Assembly (NCBI RefSeq): GCF_009914755.1
Contig: NC_060941.1
Length of the DNA stretch: 64,000 bases
From: the human T2T-CHM13v2.0 reference genome, Homo sapiens
Reading direction: 5' to 3' (one strand)
Position 1 is the stretch's first letter. The number at the start of each line of letters is the position of its first letter. The notes under the pieces are model-generated. The model saw nothing but the letters and a program-made list of their open reading frames with translations. It was not told the DNA's origin and did no database searches. A program made the position numbers and the translations under genes. This document shows positions 44,535-59,659 of this stretch, piece by piece.

Positions 44535-46049
44535 TCTATTAAGTATGCATCATTTCTGTTTTCTAATGCAATCTCTATGTTTATGAACAAAAAGCAAATT
44601 GAACTCTTCATTATAACTCCTTCTCCAAAAAAATCTCTGGACACAAGTGCTTCAAATCAGCAACCTTTCCCTGCATTACCCTTACCCTAATTAATGACCA
44701 TAACGACACAAGGACTGGGACTCTTGCCAATTATTAGCTTCATCTCTGTGTTCTGTTTCTCAACATAAATTCAATAAACAACTCAAGACTTGCTGGAGTT
44801 TGAAAGCAAAAACCAAAGCCAAAGCCCTGTGTATATTAAAACCATTCCTGCAACAATAAACTCTGACTGGGAAATGAACTAATCATTCCTGTTGTTCAAC
44901 TAAGCTCCCAACTGAAGAGGCTGAAATCACAGCCCCCTCAAAGAGGAAGCTCTGGCTTAAACAACAAGGAAAAAGCATTGACTGACCTTCAGGTACCCTT
45001 TGTTTCCAGGCTTCTCTGACATACCCTCTTTTTCTGCACCACATGCCTCTCATTCCTCCAAGCCAGCATTTGATAGTTGAGCTTAAGATGGTGAATGGTG
45101 ATGGGTGACTCATAACCCACCATTTATATTCCATTAGGGGAAAATAAGCAAGATAGAGTGTCTGGTAACATGCTCTTAGACAAATAGTTTTCAATGTTTT
45201 CCCTTAGCGACATTTTTTAAAGGCACCAACAAGAAGAAAGTGAGAGTTCTGTTTAGCAATTGATGAATCTATCTGTGGCTAAAACCACTATGTAATTGGA
45301 AATCTTTGCAACATGAGAAAGTCTGTGCCCAAAACTCTATTGTATCATTTTTCATATTTCTTATATGACAATGATCTGATGACTTCTGTGCCCCTAAACT
45401 CTTCCTTTAACCATCTGGTTCTCGAGTTTAGTACAAGCCTGCTTAGATGCAATGGAAAACTTGGAAAGGATAACAACACATTCATTCAACAACTCATTTG
45501 TAGAACTTAGAATTTATTATGATTCTTACTAAGTGACAGGCAGCCTGAGAAGAGGGTTGTACATCAATCAATGCAATGATATGTGATGAATGACAGATGA
45601 AAAGATAGAACAAAGATACAGGACACATCCTACCAAACTGAAACAGGAGTGGCTGGTGTGCGATGCACATATAACAGAGTATTAGTTGTTTCTACACACA
45701 AGTTCTATGCATGAAAGGGTTACCTGCAAGAGCATGGTAACTCAGGCTAACTTCACACTGGACACTTAACTTCACAGAGGATCAGTGTTTTAGCCTCATT
45801 TATCTGTGACTCAGTCACAGACAATGAATAAGAAGGTTAACCTGAAAACTTTTTCCAAAGAAAATTGATGTCCTAATCTACCAGTAATACCTGAATATAT
45901 CTATTTCTTTCTGCTTTTCAGAAATACCTTTGTTCTCTGATAATAGCATAAGAAATGTCCACACCCTCAGTTGCCTAGGAATTCAATAAATGAACACCAA
46001 GTAATTAGTGTTGTGTAGACCTTTATTTAAAGAGATAGCATTTTGGTGT

Positions 46050-47430
46050 GTTGAAATTTGTGTGACAAAAAGTTTGGCACACACAATAGCCATTTTTAGT
46101 TTTTTCATTCATGCTGAAATAGTTTGCCTCCCACGAGAGAGAAAGCAGATACAGATGCTCATTTTTCCAGCTTCCCTTGAGGCCAGGAGTAGGAATGCAA
46201 CCAATTAGACCTAAGGAGAAATCTGCTCTGGGACCTTTGAGGTAGAATTAGAGAAAGCATGAGACTAACTCTCTTCTCCACATTCCTTCTTCCAGAATTT
46301 GGGTGTTGAGTAAGGACATGATACTTAGAGTTGCAGCATGAGGTGGGGAGAATGTCAACCCTAAGGATAACAAAAAAAAAAAAAATGGAAAGAGTTTGAT
46401 TTTCTTATGCCATTATTAACCTGATGAACCTATCCCGGAACTGTCACAACTCTAATCTTTGTATATGAGATATGAATGGCCTCCAGTTGTTTAAGCCACG
46501 TTTGGTATGGAAGTCTCTAACTTGCATTTCAAAGCAAGTGATTGGTTTGGAAATAGGGAGGCATAAGCCAATTTGAACCAATGCAACACAGAAGAGGCTT
46601 TCTCTAAGCTCTTGGATAAAACAGTTTACCAAATATGAACACTGAAGTGTATTTTTTCAATTATTGCTGATAGCCATTTGAGACCTTGAAATGAGCCAGT
46701 GCAAGGTTGAGCCAATAGCGGAATAGCTGAGAGGAAACTTGGAAAGTGTCTACGTTCTTGATGACATTGTTGAGTCATTTAGTCAAACAACTCTGTAGTC
46801 CACACTTCATCTTGGCTTCCTAGCATGTGAGATAATTAATCCATGTAGGGTTTAAGCAAATTTTATATTGTTTACTATGGCAGGTTGATTGCATTGATGG
46901 TCCCAATTAATGATGTTTCTGGATCCAAGCTCTTTGCCTTGCAGCTTTGTAGGATCTGCCCACTCTAACTACAAAAATTGCTTTATCCAATAGAACGTGA
47001 CAAAACTAATGGTGTGCTGGTTCTGAGCCTAGACCACAAGAGACCTTGAGTGTCTCTGTTCTATTGGAATCCTGCCACTGTCATGACTACCAGCCCGGGC
47101 CAGCCTGTAGATAATGAAAGACCGCATGGAAGAGAGCCGAGCTGTCTCAGCTGAGGCCATCCTAGACTCGTCTACAGTTAGCCGACACCCAAACACGAGA
47201 GACAGCCAAGCCAAAATCAGCAGAGCTGCCGACCCAACCAACAGCTGACCACAGACATATATGTGAGTCCAGCCAAGACCAGAAGATTTGCCCAGACGAC
47301 CCATGGACTCATAAGCAATAATCAATGTTAAATAATAAATTGTTTTAAGCCACACTGAGTGTTGGGACGCTGTGTTATGCATTTAGTTACTTTTATTACT
47401 TGTAAATGAGAGCATTCTAGCTGATAAAGC
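46050..47430 (+). mobile_element. Cluster of old MLT1-type LTRs (including MLT1G/H-like ~46876-47390)
   Basis: Repeated MLT1 3' signatures (gttgtttaagccac, ttgttttaagccacactgag), plus gccatcctagac and gactcataagcaataat. Confidence 0.6.
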
Positions 47431-47615
47431 AAAGTAGAAAGCTGAAGAGATGGGCAGAAGGCTTCCCTTATAATATACTCTAAGCACATGGGACATGCTT
47501 GAAAGGTTTTAATTAGGGAAATGATCAAATTTGCATTTTAAAAACACTATGGCTTGGATGTGGAGGATAATATTAAGATCAGGTAACTAAACTTGCATTA
47601 AAAACAACAGCCCAG

Positions 47616-47987
<372 letters not shown>

Positions 47988-48084
47988 TTATCTGAGGGGG
48001 AAAAAAAGAAGAGAGATAAAGCACATAGGGTAGAAGTTGTAGATTTCTTGAGTTCCTACAATGCAAGTACACTTATTTGTAGCC

Positions 48085-48270
48085 TAGATCAAGTGTTCAA
48101 AGCGGGACCTTCAGATCAGCAATATCTGCAGCATTTGGAAATTTGTTAGAAATAAAAGTTGTCAGCCCACTGCAGATCTACCGAATCAGAAACAGAAAAT
48201 GAGACCCAGCAATCTGTTTTCACAAGCCCTCCGGGTAGATAATGCTGATGCATGCTGAAGTTTGACCTAG
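48085..48270. mobile_element. MER5A DNA transposon
   Basis: cagcatttggaaatttgttagaaat...ctaccgaatcagaaac...cccagcaatctgttttcacaagccctcc. Confidence 0.75.
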
Positions 48271-48619
48271 GCCATGGGTAAGAATCTGTTAAGGATGACA
48301 AGTTGTTAAGGACACCAGCACCTTCTTTAGATCACCTTGGCTATGAGGGATGGAGCTGAGCTATTGCCAGTTTTGTCCGGCTGAAAATCTTTGTCAATTG
48401 ATTAGAGGCTCGTTTCCCGGATTGCTCCTCTGGATTCTAATTTCTCAGTGTCCAGGTTTTATCAAGAGCTGTAGTGTCTCCTACGGGTCCTAAGCTTCCT
48501 TTATGACATGGCTCAGAGGAGTGACTTTCTCAACTGCACACAGAGAGACTAGGGTCTCTATAGGTCAATGGATATTGGAACACAGAGTGAATATATATTA
48601 CATTAGTCCATTATGTATT

Positions 48620-49392
48620 GTATTAGTCCATTCTCACGCTGCTATAAAGAATACTACCTGAGAGGCCGCGTGCAGTGGCTCACACCTGTAATCTCAGCAT
48701 TTTTGGGAGGCCGAGGTGGGTGGATCACATGAGGCCAGGAGGTTGAGACCAGCCTGGCCAACATGGTGAGTAGACTAAAAATATAAAAATTAGCCAGACA
48801 TGGTGGTGCATGCCTGTAAGGATTAAATTAGCCAGGCATGGTGGTGTAATCGTTACAGGCATGCACCACCATTCTTGGCTAATTTTTGGGAGGCTGAGGC
48901 TAATTTTTTGGGAGGCTGAGGCTAACTTTGGGGAAGCTGAGGCACAAGAATCAGTTGAACCGGGAGGCAGAGGTTGAGGTGAGCTGAGATTGCGCCACTG
49001 CACTCCAGCCTGGGCAACAAAGTAAGACTCTGTCTAAAAAAAAAAAAAAAAAAAAAAAAAAGAAAGAAAGAAAAAAGAAAAAAAAAAGGATACTACCTCA
49101 GACTGGGTAATTATAAAGGAAAGGGGATTAATTGGCTCACAGTTCTGCATGGCTGGGGAGGCCTCTGGAAACTTACAATCATGGCTGAAGGGGAAACAGT
49201 CACCTTCTTCACAAGGCAGCAGGAAAGAGAGTGAATGCTAGCCCAGGAAAAACTTCCATTTTTAAAACCATCAGATCTTGTGACACTCACTCACCATCAC
49301 GAGAAAAGTATGGGGGAAACTGCCCCCATAATCCAATTACAATTACAATTCAAGGTGAGATTTGGGTGGGGACACAAAGCCAGACTATATAA
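48620..49392 (-). mobile_element. MST/THE1-family solo LTR interrupted by an Alu
   Basis: gtattagtccattctcacgctgctataaag...gagatttgggtggggacacaaagcc. Confidence 0.85.
48664..49087 (+). mobile_element. AluS with a complex internal rearrangement
   Basis: TSD atactacctgaga/atactacctcaga. Internal direct and inverted duplications at 48786-48943. Confidence 0.92.
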
Positions 49393-49578
49393 TATATAGA
49401 CAGAAGACACTGAATTTAGAAGACAACAAGATGAATAATCTTTCTCACCTCAAAAAGACCCAGGTATTAACCATCCATCTTCTGGCTGGGGAGGGGTTGA
49501 TAGTGTCTTGTTTTGTCCTGCCATTCAGATATCATCCTCTAAGGAACAACGCTCACCTCCATATACTTTCTTCCTTCC

Positions 49579-49913
49579 TTTTTTTTTTTTTTTTTTTTTT
49601 TGAGAGCGAGCGAGCGAGCGAGCCAAGGTCTCGCTTTATCACCTAGGCTAGAGTGGAGTGGCGTGATCCCAGCTTACTCCAGCCTCAAACTCCCGGGCTC
49701 AAGGGATTAAGGGATTCTCCTTCCTCATCCTCCTGAGTAGCTGTGAATACAGGCATGCACCACCATGCCTGGCAAATTTTTTTTTTTTCTTTAAAGGTAG
49801 CATCATCTCACTATGTCACTGAGGCTGGTCTCAAACACTTGGCCTCCAGTTATCCTCCTGCCTTGGTCTCCCAAAGTGCTGGGATTACAGGCATGAGCCA
49901 TCACACCAGGCCT
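49579..49913 (-). mobile_element. AluJ
   Basis: Poly-T, (GAGC)n, aaggtctcgc...caaagtgctgggattacaggcatgagcca. Confidence 0.88.
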
Positions 49914-49967
49914 GAATTCTATGCTTGATATGCTATGTCTTACTCTCTCAGAAATCTTCTGGACAAC

Positions 49968-50386
49968 TTTTTTTTTTTAATTTTATCATTATTATACTTT
50001 AAGTTTTAGGGTACATGTGCACAATGTGCAGGTTACATATGTATACATGTGCCATGCTGGTGTGCTGCACCCATTAACTCGTCGTTTAGCATTAGGTATA
50101 TCTCCTAAAGCCATCCCTCCCCCTTCCCTCCACCCCACAACAGTCTGCAGAGTGTGATGTTCCCCTTCCTGTGTCCATGTGTTCTCATTGTTCAATCCAA
50201 CCTACGAGTGAGAAGATGCGGTGTTTGGTTTTTTGTTCTTGTGATAGTTTACTGAGAATGATGATTTCCAATTTCATCCATGTCCCTACAAAGGACATGA
50301 ACTCATCATTTTTTATGGCTGCATAGTATTCCATGGTGTATATGTGCCACATTTTCTCAATCCAGTCTATCATTGTTGGACATTTG
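49968..50386 (-). mobile_element. L1PA3/4-like 3' fragment
   Basis: attatactttaagttttagggtacatgtgcac...cccattaactcgtcgtttagcattagg. Confidence 0.92.
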
Positions 50387-50959
50387 ACTTCCCAGTTTTG
50401 TTTTGTAAATTCTGGGGGACTACTAACATGTTGGTGATGTAGAGAAGCATCCATCTTTCAAGCTATTCTAGGCATTATCCTTTATGGAAGAGGACTTTGG
50501 GGTCCTTCTCTGTAGGGGGAATTAAAGATTGTGTTAAGAAAAGGAACACCTAATTTGTTGATAGACCTTTACCTTGACTCAGCAAAATGCCTACATTGGA
50601 GGCCAAAACAAGTTCCATCTCTCAGCTCTCTGGCCTAATGACCCATTGTTTTAGCATGAAATCATAATGGGACAAAATTTAAAGAAAGCCTGGGTGACCC
50701 TAATATTGTCAACAAAACTGGATGTAATTTCTAAGATGTAGACAAACCTCAAAACTTCTCCACCCACACAAACATATACCAGATCTCATTCTTTTGGAGA
50801 ATGTTGACTATTTCATAAATTTGAAAACAAAACTGAAAAAAATTGTTGATTTATCTTTTCCAGCCCAGAAATGGACAGGTACCTTACACCTAAAGGGTTT
50901 CCACTGCAAATCATTGACCTAACAAGTCCAGGATTCCTGTATGGATGATATCATTATAA

Positions 50960-51180
50960 TCAAGACTCAGCTATGGTTCTACTGTGCTTCATATTTCACT
51001 CATCTACAAAATGAGAATCTTAATAGTACTATCAGTAATGACACCTCCTGTTTTGAGGATTAAATGAGTTTTAAAAAGCAAAAAGCACTTAAAGTATCAC
51101 CTGATCCATAGGAAGAAGTTTGATGGAAGAAGTTTGACAGGTCCATTTGACAGAAGTTTAGCTATTATTGGTGTTAATGT
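50960..51180 (+). mobile_element. MIR
   Basis: ctcatctacaaaatgagaat...ttttgaggattaaatgag...aaagcactt. Confidence 0.65.
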
Positions 51181-52249
51181 ATTGTTGACTATTATTATTA
51201 TCAGCAGCAGCATTGTTTAGTTTTTTTAGTTTAATAGGTAATTTTGAAAAGCATTAGAAAGGACAATGTAATACGACTCAGTGTCTGAGATGGCTCTGAT
51301 ACTTTGAGCATGGCTGAGAGAAGAATAGTACCCTTGGCAGATATTCAGAAGCCAAGTGCAAGAGCTGCTTTCAGAGGAAAATATTGTTAAACTTGATGAA
51401 TGTGATGCAGTGGCACAATATTATTTAAGTGAAGTAGACCCAGAATTTAAGATATAGAATGGGAATTGAAAAGTCAAATATCAAATAAATTGAGAAAAAT
51501 ATGCACAGATGACCAATTCTAGTCTCGTTTTTAGCAAATAAACATAGAGGAATAATGAGAAGGCTCTAGAATACTCCAGATCATGGAAAGGGTGACACAG
51601 AGATAAAGAAAAAAATAGAGAAAGAACAGTGAGGAAAATGAGATAAGGATCTAACTCCTTCACTCTCCTATCCCTTGATTTATTAATTCTTCATCCATTT
51701 ATTAATTTGTTTGTTGACTTCATCAAGATTGCCCTGCCAGATTCTAGGGATATACACTTCTGGCCCCAAATTGCCAAGGCGAATGGAGAAAACCACCAAA
51801 GACACAGAAACTTATATTACAGTTGCGCAAGTGCTACAGTTGAGATATAATCAAAATGTTGTAGACAAAGAGCAGTATCACTGTGCAAAAGTCAAAGAAG
51901 AAGGTCATAGTTTGGCTTCTGATACCACTACATAACTGAAACTACACCAGGAGGGGGATGACTTCATTGCTCAATCCAAGGCAGATGTTTACGACAATGA
52001 CAAAAAAAAAAAAAAAAAAAAGATGGGCTCTGACTTCCAGTCCTCATGACACAGAGACCATGTTTCCTAGCACTGTTTCAAACATGTAGCAGTCATTGGT
52101 AATAATATTAAAGGAAAACAAAACAGCACAGGGTTGTTTACTCTCTAGATGAACACTTCCATGAACGTGAAATAGAACAGAAACACATTACAGAAAGTAG
52201 AGGATAAATAGCTAGTACCGCTGAGCTCCAGCAATAAAAATAACACTAT

Positions 52250-53460
52250 TGTGTTGAAGTTTGATTTCAACACAGGACTTAACTGACAGCTTAATAGAGA
52301 CATAATCAGTCTCTTATCAGGTGGAAAACTGATGCCAGATATAACATGCAAAGCCAGCGGCTTCTATGGTACTGCCATCCAAGGAAAAGGGCTGGATTGT
52401 TTCCTGGGACTGCAGCTCATAGAAAACTACCTGGGGACATGAGCAGGAGCAGAGACAAGCACAGAAATAGACAAGGACCTGGGTCAAATCATCTGCTGAG
52501 TCAGCGACTATCAGCATTAGCCCCATATCACATAATAGAGCCACCCTGAGTGGGCAGGAGGAGTCATTCTCAGAACTACTGGCTAAAAAGAGATCCAGAG
52601 ACAGAAACAAAACATCCACTGACTAAACTATGTCTGCAATCTAAAATTTCAAAGCATACTAAGAAAGATAATCAACAAACCATGATCAAGAGAATTCACA
52701 CTGTACTAGAAGGCAAATAATAGAGTAGGCTGAAGTTACTTTAAATTATATTTAGAATCCGTAGCCATAGAAAGTAGTGAAAAACATTCATAAAAAAGAG
52801 ATTTTTTTGAAGTAAAAGCAGGCAGATATTAATAAAAATACACATATATAAAACAGAAAAATTCAAAATCATAAAAAGAAATATGGTGAAACAAAAGCAA
52901 ACAATACATAGGATAAAGTTTAGTCTTGATCAAGTCTAAAAAATAATTAGTGAACTAGGAAGTAATATCTAGAGCATAAAGAGACTATTAAAAATATGAA
53001 AGAAGTTAAACAACGTGGAGAATGAAATGAGAAGTCCTAGAAGCAAAGAGACAGAATAGCAGAGAAGATAGTTTTACAGCAACAATAGAAAGCATTAGAA
53101 AAATAAATGTACAAACCCTCAGATTCTCAGACTAAATGTGTACAGTAGCTTAAGAAGAGAACACATACATACCTCAGCCAGATATATCATACTAAACAAT
53201 AAGATTGGAAGAATGAAGAAAAAATATTAAAAATGCAAAGACATATGCCTAACAAAAGAACTATTATGTCGTGAAGAATGGAGGCAAAAATGAAGACATG
53301 TTCAAACATAAATACCCCCAAAGATATTTTTTAAAGTCACTAAACTGTGCTCTTCAGCAAAATAATTCAGAGAAAAGAAGCAGGATGTAAGAAATAAAAC
53401 TGAATACAAAACAGTAAATGTGTTGGAAACCATAACTAATTTAAATTAACCTGCAGGTGT
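52250..53460 (+). mobile_element. Old L1M 5'/ORF1-like fragment
   Basis: Degenerate A-rich ORF1-like sequence (attagtgaactaggaag, ggagaatgaaatgagaagtcc). Confidence 0.5.
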
Positions 53461-53649
53461 ATATGTTTGTGTGGAACAAATTGAAACTACATTTTGAAAA
53501 ACCATCAATAAATCTTATATTCTGCCTATCTGCAGATTTCTCCTATCTTGCTATTTTTCTTATTTAGTTAAAAGCATACTTTTGACCCTCCATAATTTTT
53601 TTTTTCCATTTTTCTTTACTCTTGCTCTTAGCTTTCCCCAACATTTTCT

Positions 53650-54060
53650 TGCTCAAAATTTCAGTGCGTCAGCTGGCAGCTTGGCCTCAGAATATGGGAA
53701 GGTACTGCCGTCTGGCAGCGTCAACTTGAGTTACGGCGAAGACTTGTTTTCCATTGTGCCCTCCCCTGTGTGCCATATCCATCCTGGCCATTGTGCCAGG
53801 TGAAATACCAACGCTCGCTGATGTGGAAGATGCTTCATCGGGAGGCAATCAGCTCTGCCGAGAGAGGGGAGAAAGAAAAACACGTGTGGTTTTTGCCGCC
53901 TTCACCTTGGCAGAGAAAAGTGGATGTAAAACTGGGGCTGGGGTACAGCCTTCAGAGTTCTGGAAGATCAGCGACGCCAGCCTGAGCCAAGAAAGAACAC
54001 ATGGTGGTTGTGTGTGGCACTGACACCTCAAGAAAAATCACTTTGAGTCGTGCGCCTGAT
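53650..54060. promoter_or_regulatory. Candidate enhancer / conserved non-coding element
   Basis: Apparently non-repeat, with ~15 CpGs in 400 bp in a CpG-poor background, two ccattgtgcc SOX-type sites, several TGGCA/TGCCA half-sites and CACGTG. Confidence 0.4.
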
Positions 54061-56674
54061 CATTTAACTGCTATGGGCACAGGCCCAGCTTTCTCCCCAA
54101 GTCAAATGTAAATGGTTTAAGGAAGCTGGTGGTCTTTCTTCCCGCTCCACTTTTACCATACTAAGTGTCTCACAGCCATTTTACTGTGTTTACCAATTAT
54201 GAAAATTCTGGGCAGCTAATTATGAAAATATTGAGAAGTCGTATGAGAACTAACTCTTGGAGTCAGTGAAGGCAGAGAACAGACTGTAAAGTCTTTGAAA
54301 AATGAGCTGCTTGCTCTCCACTTCTGCCAGTAAATTTTGGTATTCCAGCATATTGCCATGTTAATCTGAAACCAAAAAGAAGGAAATCAATAAAAATCTA
54401 GGAGAAAAGGAAGGGAAGAGGCAAGCCATCAATGCTTAGGAGATGAGAAAGGGCTGATCAGTTTCTAGGATCCATACATTTTGCTCCCCGTGGATCATAA
54501 GCCAAAGAATCCAGGGAAAAAATATGAAAAACAAGTTTTATGACCTAAATGAGAGGTGATAAACTTTAAGTTCTCTGTAAAAAGGGACAGCCTTTCTTCG
54601 AGTCTGACCTTGCTGTTTTCATACCATCTGGAAAGAAAATCTAGTTGTCTTCCCCCATTTGTTTTATGCTGAATAAAATTAATGCACGTGCAGTAATAAC
54701 AGAAAGAATATAAGTACATTCTAGACTGATTATAAAGTTGCTTAGATTTCATGATATATCCTAGTAATTTAACAAATGTGGGTTTTTTTTTCCTACAATG
54801 CCTTTCTTTCTTGCAGCAGATTTCTTTAGCTAATTTTTTATGTTAACTAAATCTATACAAAATAGAACTATTGTCATCCTCGCTGTGTAGAAAAGACAAG
54901 TCATGACAAACAAATATTGTGCAAGTTTATAGATGGTAAAATAATTTTAGAAAATAGTTATGTTGTTGTGTAGTCCTATAATCTCTCCATCAGAAAATGA
55001 AACCTTCTGTGTTTAGATAATATTAGGTAAAGTTCACTTTATAGTCCATCCTACAACCTCAGACTGTTATGCTATAACACTATTGTTAATGTCTTAAATT
55101 GCATTAAAATCTAAAGTGGATATTGTCTAGTATTAGTATAAGCAGCCCATGAGTTATATCATACAGAGGTAGCATTGCCATGTACACGCAACATAAATAC
55201 GCATCTTAAACTTAGAATCTTGTGAAGGTTATTAAGATTTTTCACTCTAAATCCTTCCATTTTCTCATCCTTCTTGATGGTAGATTTAGAAGTTGTAAAT
55301 GAAATAATACAAATTTTATTAATTGATAAAATATAAAGTATAATCACATTTTCAACTTCCCCTATTGTTTGTTTCCATAAGAAAAAGGTTCTAAGCTCCA
55401 GTCCTGAGCTCCTTATTCAATATTAGAAGTCAAGAAACTTACAAAGCTTTTCCTGACTTTCCATTAGCAGAAAGCTTTATAAAAGCTGCCATTTATGTAA
55501 AGTACAGAAAGGCAAGGAACATACACATTTACACATGTGAAAGAATGAAGAGGAAAAGAAAAGCTATGAGCTGAATTCTCAATGCACACAGTATTTGACT
55601 GAAATACAAAGCTACCTAATAATTTATACTTTGTATTTTAATTGGGTATCTGCATGAATATGGATACATGTAACTTCAGTACATTTTAACTGGAACATCA
55701 TCTGTGTTACATGTCATTATATTAAATGTCATGATAAAGAGCCATTACATTTAAGTGTGTTATATTGTCCTGTTACAAATGTCTAGGAAGTTGCCAAAAA
55801 GAAAATGTGTTTGGTGTGACATTGCTCATTCTTAGCGAAGCCATGCTGGTTGTTACCATTCCTTAATGCTTCTGGGAGCTTAAAAGTCATTTTGTTTACA
55901 CCTAGTCCTAGAGGCTTTCTTTTGAAGGCAAGCATTTCTATAGCTTGAAGAATCCACATTGAGCTTTAGAACCTTTACCCATATTCAGACTTCAGACATC
56001 CTTCTTATTCTCCATGCTTATTCACAGATACCAGACATCTGTTTAATGTGTTTACTTGCCAGTGCTGTCAATATACTGCGGGAAGTAAATCAGCCGGGCT
56101 CCAAAGTTTGAATTCATTCAAAACAGCTCGGGATATATCTAAAATATTTGCCCCATCTTTGTTATCATAACCCCCATTGCAAATTCTGCTGGGTCCTTTT
56201 CATTGCAAAGCTCATCCTGCTTGACTGTAAATACGGAAGTTAAATAAGAAAATATTGTGACCCAGTTTGGTAGATGGTCACTAATGATGGTCATTTTTTT
56301 TATTATTTTAACAAATAACAAGTTTTTTTTAGTGATTGATTTTGAAGTTAGAGTATAAAGAGAATCAGTTACAGCAGAAAAATATAATGATTGTGATTCT
56401 GTGATGCAGACATTTCTCACTATTTTGCCTAAAACTGGGATGTCATCCACTGACTCTTGCTTCAGCTGCTAATTAGTTACATGATTTTGATACACGGAGA
56501 CAATAATTCAAGTATTAGAACATAATAATCATCTTCTGCCTTTGGGCTAGACATGTCTAAGTCAGGCAAAGTTTGTCTGTGTGTAATTCCAAAGGAATAC
56601 AAGGTGAAAACTGTCTCCCCCAGTTTTTTTTTTAAGCCTCAAACAGAGATCAGGTTCTTCATTAAAACCATGAA

Positions 56675-57062
<388 letters not shown>

Positions 57063-57594
57063 TTAATGAGATGAGGCAGCTAGCAACCTCTTTTCCAAGA
57101 GGTTGCCATAATTCAGTTATTTGACATTCTTTCTGCTAAGGTATAATTTAAAAATCAACAGTGCACATCTACCCACATGGAAACTTCTTGAGAATTTGGG
57201 AACCGACCAAGAACACCTTGTATCCTATCATCTTCTCTCTAGCAGCACTGGAAAGGTACATGCTACCAAAAACCCTTTCATCAGGTTGTTTTACGAGGGA
57301 GAAAGGATGCTGTCTAAGGACATGAAAACCATCTGGAAAACCACATAGTTGTCAGTACTATGGAGATGGTAAGCCTTGAGTCTTCAAATAGAGTTTCTTT
57401 TTTGGCTTTTACCATCAAAGCCTGATGGTTTGGAATTAGGTTGATATTGCCTTTCAACGTATGATATTTTCTTTGCAATTGCTCAGAACACAGATGTAAA
57501 AATTTCTATCATCATTTGAAAATGAATGTCCCACTGGGGAAATTCCATGAGTATGTAAGTAGTTGCTTTGTTACTGATGCACAGCTTATTCCAC

Positions 57595-57862
57595 AGGATT
57601 CAGTAATCTTTTTCTGTATAGGACAGCTTAAAAATATTTTAGGCTTTACAGACCATATGATACTATTTACAGATGATGCGGTATTGTTGTGGTCGCTCAA
57701 CTACAAAAGTAGCCATAGATATGTAAATGCATGAGCATGGTTATGTTCTGACAAAACTTTATTTATAAAAATAAGAAGCATGATTGTGTTCTGATAAAAT
57801 TTTATTTATAACAAGCAGCAAGTTGAATTTGGCACACAGATCATAATTTGCTAAATCCTGCT
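57595..57862 (-). mobile_element. MER58A with an internal ~41-bp tandem duplication
   Basis: aatattttaggctttacagaccatatg...gcagccataga-like segment...aaaactttatttata present twice. Confidence 0.75.
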
Positions 57863-58569
57863 CTAGACTATTGTCTAGCTTTTAAGAAAGCTTTGTTGAG
57901 GAGAGATAAAATTGATGCCAGTTATTATCTCAATAGATTTAGAATAGCCTGACATACTTTCAGTATTCCCAGGCTCTGTTAGGGTAGGTTAATAACAAGT
58001 TGCTATACAAACTAGGTAAATGTGTGTTAAAGTTGTGTGTATTCACTACCCATGCATCTTAACACGATAGTGTCTTAAAAGGATGAGGCAGATTCTGGAT
58101 TAAGGGATAAAGAGCAACATATAATCAAAAGTTGGAACATGGGCAGAAAAAAACTGGAAATTGGTGCTGATGGTTCTCTACCACTTCTCTCAATAGATAT
58201 CTCTTCCTTTTCTTTGCCTCTGCTTGTTCTGTTGTTTTCACCTTCGTCACCTCTTTCCTTTATTTTCCCCTATTGTATTCTTCTCTTCCAACAGCATTGC
58301 CTCTGTATAAAATCATCATGTAAAAATGTTTCTGGGCATTTTCTTTCTAATAGCTTTATTCTTCTAGTGTTGTCTCCAGCCCCTTGGCAGATACCAGCTA
58401 TTTGAAATCTCTAATCTGCCTCCCCTTACAAGACAGAGAAAATAACAAATATCTCTCAATTCCCCTTTATACCTCTCCCAAATGTCTCTCCCATGTTTTC
58501 CTCATTTTCTCCTGTCTTAAAACAAATATGGATCCCACTCCTCTACAATTTGAATTTTTCCCACAATTC

Positions 58570-58904
<335 letters not shown>

Positions 58905-59349
58905 TTTTCCATAATCCTTGATTCCCGTCCTTTTAGCCTCCTCTGACATAGACCTTGACAAGCGAATCATTCTTTGTCTTTTTATATGTTCAATTTTCCT
59001 ATCTCTCTGGCTTCTTTTCCTTAACCCACAATATATTAAGGTCTCCTCTATATTTAAGAAAATTAAAACCGTTGTTGTCACATCTGCACCTTCTGCCTCC
59101 TGTCTTAACCCCTTTCCTTCAATCCCTGCTGAGTACCCCCTCTTAGGCCTCTGCTCTCCTTTCTGCTCTCCAGGCGTCTGCCTGGCCCACCACTTTCTCT
59201 CTCAATGTTTATCATCTCGGCTCTCATCTGATGATCCCCAAATCTTCATCCCACTGTGGTGTTTCTCTACAGTTTGGATCTAAGTGTCCAGTTCCACAGC
59301 ATGTTTCTAAACACAGAGCCTGCTGACATATTGACTCAATATGCCCTAA

Positions 59350-59659
<310 letters not shown>

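Noticed and set aside
52494-52506. Near-perfect MAF recognition element TGCTGAGTCAGCG
   Set aside because: It is an isolated motif inside probable old L1-derived sequence with no supporting context.
53582-54031. Overlapping short ORFs in the CpG-rich segment as a coding exon
   Set aside because: There is no recognisable homology, no consistent frame and no paired splice donor; higher GC content explains the ORF overlap.
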